NCBI GenBank assembly: GCA_965233585.1
Contig: CBDDTI010000746.1
Location: forward strand, 96,001 to 160,000
Direction: 5' to 3'
DNA: 64,000 bases
Origin: a bacterium
Lineage (GTDB): Bacteria; SAR324; NAC60-12
Every line of letters starts with the position of its first letter. Position 1 is the first letter of the stretch. The position numbers and the translations under genes were made by a program. The notes beneath the pieces were generated by a model. It ran no database searches. It was given only the letters and a program-made list of their open reading frames with translations, and had not been told where the DNA came from. Positions 30,010-39,709 of this stretch are shown here, piece after piece.

Positions 30010-30125
30010 CCAGACCCGGTGCAATAATATTTCGCTTCTCAGACGCAGGTCTCTTTCCTCTGCTTAGTGCTTCGCGTAAACTGATAACCGTATCCTTTAC
30101 ACTTATGACTCTGTTTTCCCCAAGT
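30010..30125 (-). mobile_element. Degenerate IS1-family insA remnant
   Basis: Minus-strand translation GKQSHKCKGYGYQFTRS then, across frames, RPASEK..YCTG, resembling the InsA N-terminus; locally GC-richer than the flanks. Confidence 0.5.
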
Positions 30126-30169
30126 GCTTACTATTTTATTAGTTATTAAGTATTTTATTTGTTTCTTTA

Positions 30170-30290
30170 CAGAAAATAGATGTCTGACTATTTCGTATCT
30201 GAGAGCCAAAACAAAATATTTGTCACAAGGGAATAATTTATCTACAATTCTTTGAATGAATAGAGTCAGAAAAATCTTTGAGAAGTCATT
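30170..30290 (-). pseudogene. 5' remnant of a third TIGR04372-like glycosyltransferase copy
   Basis: QRIVDKLFPCDKYFVL versus QKIVDKMFPSDRYIVI in the intact copy. Confidence 0.55.
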
Positions 30291-30297
30291 ACAATAA

Positions 30298-31329
30298 TTA
30301 AAATTTGATAATAGGTCTAAAAACACGATGATTTTCAAGATCATCTAAAGCTTGATTGATTTGATCTAAAGTATAGTATTGTGATATGAATCTTTGAAAT
30401 ATTGAAGATTTTTTCTCATAGAATTTTGCTAATTTAGGAATGTCATGATCAGGGAAGCAACCTCCACCATTAGTTCCTACTATCTTTTTTCCACATATCA
30501 GTTCAAAGGGATCAAGAGAAATTTGATCACCATATTGAGGATGAGATGCAAAAATACAAGTACCATGTTTTTTGTTGAGAATCGCAAAGGCTTGCTCAAT
30601 AGTTTTTGTAAATCCTGCAGACTCTATGGCATAATCTACGCCCAATCCACTGGTTAAATCTACAACTTCTGAAACAGGGTCATTACTGTTTGCAAAAACA
30701 ACATCAGCTCCTAAGTTTTTAGCAAAGTTTAGTTTTTCTTGAGAAACATCAATGACAATTCTTTGTCGACAAGGAAAAACTAGAGAAGTGATGAAAGCAC
30801 TCATACCAATTCCACCAAGCCCCCAAAAAGCTAAAATAGAATTTTCTTTGATTTCAAGTTCATTCAAAATGATTCCTGCTCCCGTTGGGATAGCACAACC
30901 AAAAAGAGCCGCTATGTCTAAAGGTAAGCCATTAGGCAAAAGCGTGCAACGATTTTCTGAAACCACAGCATAATTATTGAAGGTTGTCACCGCACCAGCA
31001 TTAACTTTTCCTAGTTTTTTATGATAGTAACTGATACCTCCTTCATCTAATCCACTTCCTTTAATCCAACCTAATATCACTTGGTCATCAATTTTTACTT
31101 TTTTTACTTTTTGTCCAATATCAATGACGGTTCCGCTGCCTTCATGTCCTAACAAATGAGGAAGATATTTGTTTTTTCCTCTTTTACCTCTAACTTCCAT
31201 CAACTGACTTTGACATACTCCTGCATACTCTAGTTTGACTAACAGTTGACCATCTTTTAGTTTGGGAATTTCAATATTTTCTAAGAGAACAAGTGATTGG
31301 TTGAACTGTTGTAGAATGGCGGCTTGCAT
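30298..31329 (-). CDS. Zinc-binding alcohol dehydrogenase (MDR family)
   Basis: GVC.S, LGHEG.G, GCAIPTG.G, GLGGIG. Confidence 0.88.
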   Translation of the reverse strand: MQAAILQQFNQSLVLLENIEIPKLKDGQLLVKLEYAGVCQSQLMEVRGKRGKNKYLPHLLGHEGSGTVIDIGQKVKKVKIDDQVILGWIKGSGLDEGGISYYHKKLGKVNAGAVTTFNNYAVVSENRCTLLPNGLPLDIAALFGCAIPTGAGIILNELEIKENSILAFWGLGGIGMSAFITSLVFPCRQRIVIDVSQEKLNFAKNLGADVVFANSNDPVSEVVDLTSGLGVDYAIESAGFTKTIEQAFAILNKKHGTCIFASHPQYGDQISLDPFELICGKKIVGTNGGGCFPDHDIPKLAKFYEKKSSIFQRFISQYYTLDQINQALDDLENHRVFRPIIKF

Positions 31330-31358
31330 AAAAATTTATATTCGTCTAAAAATATTGA

Positions 31359-32531
31359 TTATTTGTCAGTTAATGAATTTGCTTTAATAAAACTCACATA
31401 TTGTGTTCCTCTTCCAAATGCCGATTTGAAATGTTGTAAACCCGCTACATTAGCAGCAGTTACATTATCACTTTCAAGAATATGTATCAAGTCGTTTAAT
31501 GATTCAATTACAGCTTTCTGAGGGTTTTTAACTAAAATTTTTTTTATAGAACGTATTATTTCTAGTGCCTCTTCATTTAGATTTTCTTCATAAGATTCTC
31601 TTGCCTTATTAGAAATTTCATAAAAATAATTACAAAACCTTCTTAGGCGATCTAAATCATGCTTAGGCAAAGGATGACAATCAAAAACTTTATAATGAAT
31701 CAAGTTGTGCCATACATTGTAAAAATTTTCTATTTTTTTGTTATTGTAATCTTGTGTATTTAACGGTACTTCTTTAAACCAAGTATCATCTAAAATCAAT
31801 CTTGGGCATATATGATAAAAACTGTAGCTGTCTTGCAAAAATTTTATAGCATCAACAACAGAAAAAGTATATAGTCTAGCAGCCAAAAGATTATCTGCAC
31901 ACCAATTTTCTTTAGAACGAGATAATCCTTTTAACGTTTCTAAATGTGAACCAAAAGCATCAACCCCAAGTTTTATTTTATCATCAAAAGATTTCACTAC
32001 ATTTCTTTGGCATAATACACTAAATAAAAAATGCCTACATGCTTCAAAGAAAAAAGAAATCTCATCACAACAGTTGATAACTAAAACACCATTTTTTTTC
32101 AAATGAAGGTCTAACAACTTTAAGATATCAAAACTGTTTTCAATGCAAATCAGTAGATTTTCGCAAATAACAATATCAAATTTTTCAGATTCATCAAGCT
32201 GCTCAATATAAATATTTTGAATATCTATATTATTCATATTGACATTAAAATGATTAAAAGTTTTTCTACAATCTTCAAAAGCTATTTTATTTGGTTCAAT
32301 AAGTTTATAAAAAAAGGGTTTTATATTTGCAATATAAAGTGAATCATAACCAGGACCTGGACCTACTTCAAGAAGTGAACTTTTTTTGAAAATCTCAGAA
32401 GGTAAACCTAGAGATTCATAAAGTTTTTTTCTAATGTAAAGTTTTTTTGAAAGTTCTGATTGAGTTGAAAATCCTTGATATGAAGGAGATATATTGTATT
32501 TTTTATAATGTTTTGTTAAAGCATTCTCCAT
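31359..32531 (-). CDS. Class I SAM-dependent methyltransferase
   Basis: LLEVGPGPG, FDIVICE, LKKNGVLV. Confidence 0.75.
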   Translation of the reverse strand: MENALTKHYKKYNISPSYQGFSTQSELSKKLYIRKKLYESLGLPSEIFKKSSLLEVGPGPGYDSLYIANIKPFFYKLIEPNKIAFEDCRKTFNHFNVNMNNIDIQNIYIEQLDESEKFDIVICENLLICIENSFDILKLLDLHLKKNGVLVINCCDEISFFFEACRHFLFSVLCQRNVVKSFDDKIKLGVDAFGSHLETLKGLSRSKENWCADNLLAARLYTFSVVDAIKFLQDSYSFYHICPRLILDDTWFKEVPLNTQDYNNKKIENFYNVWHNLIHYKVFDCHPLPKHDLDRLRRFCNYFYEISNKARESYEENLNEEALEIIRSIKKILVKNPQKAVIESLNDLIHILESDNVTAANVAGLQHFKSAFGRGTQYVSFIKANSLTDK

Positions 32532-32556
32532 ATTTTATCCTTATTATTAGAAATGA

Positions 32557-33630
32557 TTAGAAATTTAAATTTTTAATGATCTCAATGACTTGTTCAATAT
32601 CTGTTAACTCCTGACTTGGTCCCGCAGGAAATATTAAAGCCTCTTGATCAAAAATATCTGCATTTTTAAAACTACGAGAAATATTAATATGTTTTGCTTT
32701 ATCGATACTCCCCATATCTCTACAACACATGACACCATTTTCATTTAAAATTCTAATGATTTTTTCCCTTTTGGGGGACAAAAAGATTGGTCTCATAGGT
32801 GTTTCTATTTCTGTATTCATTTCTAAGATTTTTAGGTAGGGGATGTTAGCTAAACCTTGTTCGTAAAGTTGATAGATTTCTCTTTGTCTTTGAACTAACT
32901 TTTCTATCTTTTCTATTTGATTTAAACCTATACTTGCATAAATATCAGAATATTTGAAGTTGTAAGACAAGCATAGAGGTTCAAATTCTTTTCTGACATC
33001 AAAGACTCCTTGATTTCTTATTCTAAGAAGCTTTTCATAATCCTTATCGTTATGGCAAACGACAAAGCCACCAGATACAGTACTAAAAACTTTAGTAATT
33101 CCTAGAGAAAAACAACCAAATCTTGAAAGAGTTCCCGCATAACTATCATTTTGTTTAGATAAAATAGATTGTGCAGCATCTTCAACAATATCTATTTGAT
33201 GTTTTCTAGCTATGTTCTGGATAGCTTCCATATTCACCATTTTTCCATTGAGGTGAACTGGTACTATAGCTTTAGTTTTACTAGTAATAAGTGTTTCAAT
33301 CTGATCTATGTTCATCAGCTGAGTTTCCTTATCGACATCTACACAGACAATTTTAACTCCTAAAATCATACCAGCATTGGCTGTTGCAATATAGGTTCTT
33401 GCTGGAATAATGATTTCATCGTATGGCTTAACTCCTATTGCCATAAAAGACATTGTCAAAGCAGCTGTACCACTTGAACAACAAACTACATAAGGAACTT
33501 TTAACTTTTTGGCTAGTTTTTGTTCCAGTTCTTGCGTCAACACTCCTTGAGTTACAGTTTTGTTATTGATTGCTTGAGTGAGGCAATTGATATCTGTCTG
33601 ATCATATTTGATGTTCCATAAATTTATCAT
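32557..33630 (-). CDS. DegT/DnrJ/EryC1/StrS sugar aminotransferase
   Basis: SSGTAAL, AIVPVHLNG, VEDAAQ, FSLGITK. Confidence 0.9.
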   Translation of the reverse strand: MINLWNIKYDQTDINCLTQAINNKTVTQGVLTQELEQKLAKKLKVPYVVCCSSGTAALTMSFMAIGVKPYDEIIIPARTYIATANAGMILGVKIVCVDVDKETQLMNIDQIETLITSKTKAIVPVHLNGKMVNMEAIQNIARKHQIDIVEDAAQSILSKQNDSYAGTLSRFGCFSLGITKVFSTVSGGFVVCHNDKDYEKLLRIRNQGVFDVRKEFEPLCLSYNFKYSDIYASIGLNQIEKIEKLVQRQREIYQLYEQGLANIPYLKILEMNTEIETPMRPIFLSPKREKIIRILNENGVMCCRDMGSIDKAKHINISRSFKNADIFDQEALIFPAGPSQELTDIEQVIEIIKNLNF

Positions 33631-33638
33631 TTTATTTT

Positions 33639-34364
33639 TTAATTTATAGAGATTGAACCATTATTTTTTAATAAACTTTCACTTCCAATCAAAGAAATAC
33701 CTCCATCCATAACTATTTCTTGACCTGTAATATAAGAACAATCATCAGATAGTAAAAAATTTAAAGCATTATAAATATCATCAGAATTAGCAATTCTTTT
33801 TAGTGGGCATAATTCTTTATATATTTTTAAATTTTTTTCTTGATTATAGTATTTAGCATTACTTGACTTAATACAAGAAGATGGAGAAAGCATATTGACT
33901 CTAATATTTTTTTCACCCAGATGTACTGCATAATATCTTACTAAAGATTTTAAGGCACTTTTAGCAACAGAATACGAAATAGGTTGTTCATAAATAAAAT
34001 ACTGAGTGACAATAGAACCAATGATTACTATAGAAGCATTACGATTCAAAAATTCTCTAATATTTTCCATGATTAAAAAAGTTGCCTTTACACTTATCTG
34101 GAACTCTCCTTCAAAAGATTTTTTAGTATCTCCTCTATATCGCTGAAAGAAAACAACATAATCTATTTGTTTTTCAGTAATCTTCTTCAAGATATCTTCA
34201 GTAGAAGATTCATTTGCTAAATTAACTTGATAATATGAAATATTATGATTATTTTCTACAAATTCATTACCTATAACTGAAATTTTTACATTATTATGCA
34301 GTTTTTTAACATAAACAGCTCCTAAACCTGTTGTTCCACCTACTATTAAATAGTGTTTTTGCAT
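33639..34364 (-). CDS. SDR family oxidoreductase
   Basis: GGTTGLG, YSVAK, IRVN, YITGQ.I.MDGG. Confidence 0.88.
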   Translation of the reverse strand: MQKHYLIVGGTTGLGAVYVKKLHNNVKISVIGNEFVENNHNISYYQVNLANESSTEDILKKITEKQIDYVVFFQRYRGDTKKSFEGEFQISVKATFLIMENIREFLNRNASIVIIGSIVTQYFIYEQPISYSVAKSALKSLVRYYAVHLGEKNIRVNMLSPSSCIKSSNAKYYNQEKNLKIYKELCPLKRIANSDDIYNALNFLLSDDCSYITGQEIVMDGGISLIGSESLLKNNGSISIN

Positions 34365-34388
34365 TTCAAATTGTTAAGTACTAAAAAA

Positions 34389-35068
34389 TTATTTCGGATG
34401 TATTAAACTCAAATTTTTTGCTGTAACAAAAGCATAATCTCCAGTATATTGGACATGTTGTAAAACTTTTTCCCATTCTTTTTTTGAAAAAATAGTCGCA
34501 CCCAATAAAGTCCACATTTTAAATAAATCAAACTCTTCTTGAGTTTCATAAGAAGCTAAAGTGATAAAACTTTTTCCTTTTCCAACTCTCTGAATCTCTT
34601 TTAAACAAGAAATACCATCAGCTAGATTGAGAGGATAAACAACGCCAATAGCTACAATAAAATCAAATTGTGCATTGCCAAACGAAAGTTTTTCATAACG
34701 TCCTGTTTGATATTTTTTTGGATAGAAAGCATCGCATGTTCAATAGCATAGCTAGAGATTTCATAACGTGAAAGTTTTAAATCAGGAAAAAGAGTTTTCA
34801 AATCATGCAACAAGAAACCTTTTTCACAACCAATTTGTAAAATAGAAGCATTTTTTGGAAGTGAATAGCCTTTCATGATTCTTTCAGCAAAGACTTTCCA
34901 GCGGCCATCATATCGGTATCCACCATACCCATCATTACGTTCACCATCGTAATACCTTTGATCACGATAAGAAGCAATGATTCTATTTTCAATGGTTCGA
35001 GTCTTAGGACTAACCAGTCTATGATTTTTAGGAGGTGGATAATCTTGTAATAAATTGTATTCTCCCAT
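34389..35068 (-). pseudogene. Class I SAM methyltransferase, frameshifted (paralog of 36054-36713)
   Basis: ORF 34652-35068 (GYGGYRYDGRW, IGCEKGFLL) continues after a frameshift near the A7 run at 34713-34719 as GRYEKLSF..FDFIVAIG..CLKEIQRV..YTGDY, to a stop at 34389. Confidence 0.85.
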
Positions 35069-35083
35069 TCTTTATTTTTAATA

Positions 35084-35257
35084 CTATATTAACATTAAAA
35101 AAATATTGATATTTAGAAGTAAAAAATTATCTTCAATATTATTGTTAGGATTAAACTTGATAAGATTACAGTGATTTTTCAATAAAGGTATTAAATCAGT
35201 TGCTACAGTACCTTTGTAACCACTTATTAAGACTTTTTTATTTTTGATGAAACTCAT
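35084..35257 (-). pseudogene. Truncated NAD-dependent epimerase (5' fragment, paralog of 38846-39673)
   Basis: MSFIKNKKVLISGYKGTVATDLIPLLKNHCNLIKF versus MSFIEGKKVLWNGFRGSVGSDLSFLLKDHCNLINF. Confidence 0.8.
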
Positions 35258-35274
35258 ATTTAGATTACAGCTAT

Positions 35275-36031
35275 TCAATTTGTGTAAGTTACTCCTTCCC
35301 CGTTATCTACAGGCAACATGCAACCGGCAAAAATATGAGAATTTTCAGAAATGAGTAATTGAATCAAAGGCATCAGTTGTGATGTGTTCATCACAGGTAC
35401 CGAATTTGGCAAATGTTCTTGAAACCATTTTTCATAGATATCTGGTTTGTTCTCTTTCAAACGATCCATGGCACTATTATGACCGAGAAAAGCACTAGGC
35501 ATAATTCCTGAAATTGTGACTCCGCGTGTACTCATTTCTCTACCTAGATATCTGACATAAGCAGCTAATGCTGCTTTCACAGTATTGTATCCAACTGAAG
35601 CCACTGCATAAGATGATGCGGTAGAACCAATATGCACTACATTTCCTTTTCGTTTTTCAATCATCAGAGGTATTAACGATTGGTTTAAAGCAATTCCTCC
35701 AGTTAAATTGACAGCGAGCAGTTGGTTGATTTCTTCAATAGTTAAAAGTGGTCTCCTCAAACCTAATCCGCCACCAGCACAATGAATAACATTATCAACA
35801 AATGGTGTAAATTTAAATAATTCTTTTTTAGCTATTGTAATACTTTTTTTGTCCAATAGATCTAGTTTGAGAACGAAATGATTGTATGGATTTTGAAAAG
35901 AAGAACGTATTTCTTCTAATTCTTCCAGAGATCGTGCTGCTAAAATTATGTGATACCCTTGTTGTTCAAAAAAAAATAGCACACTGCTTTCCTAAACCTC
36001 TGGAAGATCCTGTGATGAGCAGGGTTTTCAT
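35275..36031 (-). pseudogene. SDR oxidoreductase with a frameshift in a T9 tract (possibly phase-variable)
   Basis: ATG 36031 gives MKTLLITGSSRGLGKQCAIFF*; removing one T from the 9-nt run (35968-35976) joins it to EQQGYH...YNTVK. Confidence 0.85.
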
Positions 36032-36053
36032 TTATCAATATATCAAATAGATT

Positions 36054-36713
36054 CTAAGGAATAAACCAATAATAATCTCCAGTATAACTGGCTTCTTGAA
36101 AAAAAGTTTTCCACTCTTCGGTGTGCATGTAAGTCAGGCCTGTCAAATTCCATGCATTCATTCTTTTCTTTTCTTCGTTATTCCTATAAGCATCATTGAT
36201 GGTAAAAGCATCTTTTTTACTGACTCTCATCATTTCTTTCAGGGCTTTTTTACAAGCATCTTTTTCTAAATTATGAATCGTATTGATAGCAATCACCAAA
36301 TCAAAACTATTATCTTCAAAAGGCAAATCATCGGCACTAGCCACTTGGACAAAGTCTTTGATTTCTGCTTTAGCATTAGCAATAGCATACTCTGATATGT
36401 CAATCCCTCTGATTTCAAAAGTAGGATTATATTGTTTGAAATCATAAAGCATGAATCCTTTAGCACAACCTACATCTAAAATTGTTGCTCCATCTTGCAG
36501 ATCATAAAATTCTACAAAATCAGGCACTACTGGTTTCCAAAATCGTTCGCTATAATAATGCCCTCCATACCCTACTTTTCTGTCTCCATCAAAAAATTCT
36601 TGACCAAATTGTCTAGCAATTTTTCGATCTTCTTCTGTTTTTTCTTCAAGCCTTTGAGCTAGATCTCTTTTGGCTCTAGGATAGTTTTTCAATAAATTAA
36701 TCTCTTGTTGCAT
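36054..36713 (-). CDS. Class I SAM-dependent methyltransferase
   Basis: ILDVGCAKGF, GIDISEYA, LPFEDNSFDLV. Confidence 0.9.
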   Translation of the reverse strand: MQQEINLLKNYPRAKRDLAQRLEEKTEEDRKIARQFGQEFFDGDRKVGYGGHYYSERFWKPVVPDFVEFYDLQDGATILDVGCAKGFMLYDFKQYNPTFEIRGIDISEYAIANAKAEIKDFVQVASADDLPFEDNSFDLVIAINTIHNLEKDACKKALKEMMRVSKKDAFTINDAYRNNEEKKRMNAWNLTGLTYMHTEEWKTFFQEASYTGDYYWFIP

Positions 36714-36737
36714 GATTTTTTCTAAAAATTTGTGTTA

Positions 36738-37790
36738 TCAAAAGGGACCTTGAAACCAATCACCGGGAATATCATGGTGTTGATCTGATTTTAACAGAAT
36801 TTTTTCATCTAATTTCCAATTCAGCATCTCAAATACAGTATGAACAATATCATTAGCGTTTTTGTAATAATGCTTGCTCAAATAATAACTTGTAGGGCTA
36901 GGCATATTAGGAACAGCTAAAACACGAGGAGCAACCTTTAAATCTTGAAAACAGTGTTGACTCACTTTGGCTACAACCTCACTTGCAATACAAAAACTTT
37001 CATGCGATAAATCTACAGCTAACAATCTACCTGTTTTTTGAACAGAAGTTTTGATAGTTTCAAAATCCAAGGGTGATACACTTTTTAAATCAATCACTTC
37101 AGCATGGATTCCTACTTGTTCTAAAATTTGACTTGCTTTAAGAGATTCTAAAGCCATTAAAGAATAAGCCACAATAGTTATATCTTTGCCTTGCTTAACA
37201 ATTCTAGCTTGGTCTAAAGGAAGTTCAAAGTATTTGTCTCGTACTTCATCTTTGATGTTGTGTAACCAGCGATGCTCTAAAAATAAAATAGGATTAGGAT
37301 CAAAAATACTTGCCAGTAAAAATCCTTTTGCATCTGATGGAGTAGTAGGCATTATGACTTTTAACCCCGGTACATGAGCAAACAAACTTTGCAAAGATTG
37401 AGAATGCGTTGGTCCTTGTCCCCAACCTCTTCCAATAATCAAACGAATGGTAATAGGAACATGTGAAGCACCACCAAACATATAATGCCATTTTGCTGCA
37501 TTATTGACAAGTTGATCAAAGGCTAACAAAAAAAAATCTAACCTTTGATGGACAAACACACTTCTAACTCCATTCAAACTCGCACCTATGGCTATTCCCG
37601 TCATAGCATTTTCACTGCAAGGTGTGTCGAAAACTCTTGCTTTTCCAAAAGTTTCTTGTAGCCCAGTAGTAGTTCCAAAAATAGCTTTAGGATCAGGGAC
37701 TCCTAAACCATACACCAGCATATCACTATCTTTTTGCATAGCAATATGCAGTGCTTCATTGATAGCTTCAGCGAAGGTAATTGTTCTCAC
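36738..37790 (-). CDS. TPP-dependent E1 beta-like / transketolase C-terminal subunit (sugar-cluster type)
   Basis: RVFDTPCSEN, GQGPTHSQ, DPNPILFLEHR, SVQKTGRL. Confidence 0.88.
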   Translation of the reverse strand: MRTITFAEAINEALHIAMQKDSDMLVYGLGVPDPKAIFGTTTGLQETFGKARVFDTPCSENAMTGIAIGASLNGVRSVFVHQRLDFFLLAFDQLVNNAAKWHYMFGGASHVPITIRLIIGRGWGQGPTHSQSLQSLFAHVPGLKVIMPTTPSDAKGFLLASIFDPNPILFLEHRWLHNIKDEVRDKYFELPLDQARIVKQGKDITIVAYSLMALESLKASQILEQVGIHAEVIDLKSVSPLDFETIKTSVQKTGRLLAVDLSHESFCIASEVVAKVSQHCFQDLKVAPRVLAVPNMPSPTSYYLSKHYYKNANDIVHTVFEMLNWKLDEKILLKSDQHHDIPGDWFQGPF

Positions 37791-38770
37791 AACGCTTCTT
37801 GGAATAAGTGAGTGTAAATTTCACTTGGGGTTGGAAAAGGAGAAGACTGAGCAAAAGTAAAGGCATCATGGATTTCTTCTTGAATGTTATTTTCCATTTC
37901 CATCAAATCCTCTTGGCTCATGATTTGTATTTCTAAAAGTTTGTTTTGAAAATAACTGACAGGATCATGTTGGATCCAATCTTCAAATTCTTCTTGAGTT
38001 CGGTATCCTATGTCATTGTCAAAATTCGTTCCGCAGTGTTCTCTATGCCTGTAAGTATGAAATTCTAAAAAATAAGGTTGTTTCTCCTTTTTAATAAATT
38101 CCACTGCTTTTTTGCTTTGTTTCATGACTTCTAAAACATCATTACCATTGGCTTCTTCGGAAGTAATTCCAATCGCCTGAACCATTTCATGAATTTTTCT
38201 GTTCTTAGGTTGTCTCACAGCTAAAGGAGAATACACAGAATATAAATTATTTTCACAAATGAAAAGTACAGGTAAGTTTTGAAGAGCAGCAAAGTTAGCA
38301 CTTTCATAAAAAACTCCTTCTTCAGTGGCCCCCTCACCAAAAAAAACAGTTGAAACTCTATCCTCTTGTTTGGTTTGAATGGATAATCCCAATCCAACCC
38401 CAACTGGTATCGTGCCAGCCACAATAGCTGTACTTCCCATAAATCCAACTTTCGTATCTATCAAGTGCATAGAACCTCCCTTGCCTTGACAACAGCCTGT
38501 CACTTTGCCATAAATTTCAGCAATCATTGCTTTTAAACTTCCTCCCTTTGCTAAATAGTGAGCATGTGCCCTATGTCCAGACACTGCAAAATCATAGTCA
38601 CTTAAACTAGCACATACTCCAACAGCAACAGCTTCTTGACCTATTGACAAATGGGTAGGACAACGCATTTCTTGATTAGGATATTCTTTTACTATTTCTT
38701 CCTCCACTGCTCGTATCCGTTTGAGATCAAACAATAGAGTTTTTAAAGATTCTTGAGATGCTTGAAACAT
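37787..38770 (-). CDS. TPP-dependent E1 alpha-like subunit (sugar-cluster type)
   Basis: HLSIGQEA, HRAHAHYLAKG, GKGGSMH, FFGEGA...ENN. Confidence 0.9.
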   Translation of the reverse strand: MFQASQESLKTLLFDLKRIRAVEEEIVKEYPNQEMRCPTHLSIGQEAVAVGVCASLSDYDFAVSGHRAHAHYLAKGGSLKAMIAEIYGKVTGCCQGKGGSMHLIDTKVGFMGSTAIVAGTIPVGVGLGLSIQTKQEDRVSTVFFGEGATEEGVFYESANFAALQNLPVLFICENNLYSVYSPLAVRQPKNRKIHEMVQAIGITSEEANGNDVLEVMKQSKKAVEFIKKEKQPYFLEFHTYRHREHCGTNFDNDIGYRTQEEFEDWIQHDPVSYFQNKLLEIQIMSQEDLMEMENNIQEEIHDAFTFAQSSPFPTPSEIYTHLFQEAL

Positions 38771-38845
38771 AGTATCAATTAAAATTTTTATAGAATTACA
38801 ACTGAACGATGATATATCTTTTAAAAAGTTTTATTATGAATTGTA

Positions 38846-39673
38846 TTATTTCATCATAGTTGAATGCTTTGGAGAATTAGAAAAGAGTAAATCTGTCCAA
38901 TAATCTATAGATTTTTTAGCATCTAATGCTAGATCATAGTCTTTCATTAATTTATCTACACTAATACTAAAATGATTCAGATTTTCAGAAGATTGTATAA
39001 TTTGCGATTTAGATTGTAGTTTTTCTTTCAAATAGACGACTAAATCTAACAAAGTATATTCAACCGAACTAGCAAAGTTTAAAATGTCAAATTTTTTATT
39101 AAAATCATTGTTTAAAAGAAATTTAAAAATATCATATGGATTTACTAATAAATTAAATTTTTTCAAACTATTAGTTAAGATTACGTCTTGATTCGTAATA
39201 AGTTTATCCAATAATCTGAAAAATAAGTGAGGGTGGATATTTTTTTTAGAAGTAAGTATTGCCGGAAAACGCAGACATAAAACATTCATATCAACACTTT
39301 CTAACATCTTTTCACCCACTAGTTTTGTCAACCCGTATAAGTCAGGTGTGGATAAAGTATGTTTTTCATCAATATTTTCTTGGTTCGCACTACCATAAAC
39401 CGAATTACTTGAGAAAAACACAAAGTTTTTGATTTGATTTCTATCACAAAACCTAATAACGTCCTGTAAGAAGATAATGTTAGATTGTATTACCTTTTCA
39501 TAACTATGAACAGGACTTGCACCTGCTAAATGCAAAAAAATATCTGCTTCAATATTCTTGGCAGGGTCAAAATTGATAAGATTACAATGATCTTTTAACA
39601 AAAAACTTAGATCAGAACCTACAGATCCTCTAAATCCATTCCACAAAACTTTTTTACCTTCAATAAAACTCAT
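38846..39673 (-). CDS. NAD-dependent epimerase/dehydratase
   Basis: HLAG, FFSSNSVYG, YGLTK, LRFP. Confidence 0.82.
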   Translation of the reverse strand: MSFIEGKKVLWNGFRGSVGSDLSFLLKDHCNLINFDPAKNIEADIFLHLAGASPVHSYEKVIQSNIIFLQDVIRFCDRNQIKNFVFFSSNSVYGSANQENIDEKHTLSTPDLYGLTKLVGEKMLESVDMNVLCLRFPAILTSKKNIHPHLFFRLLDKLITNQDVILTNSLKKFNLLVNPYDIFKFLLNNDFNKKFDILNFASSVEYTLLDLVVYLKEKLQSKSQIIQSSENLNHFSISVDKLMKDYDLALDAKKSIDYWTDLLFSNSPKHSTMMK

Positions 39674-39709
39674 AGCATTTTTATGAATCTAACATATTTG
39701 ATAGTTTTT

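Noticed and set aside
36738..38770. Housekeeping pyruvate dehydrogenase pdhAB
   Set aside because: No E2/E3 genes adjacent, and the pair is embedded in a nucleotide-sugar cluster
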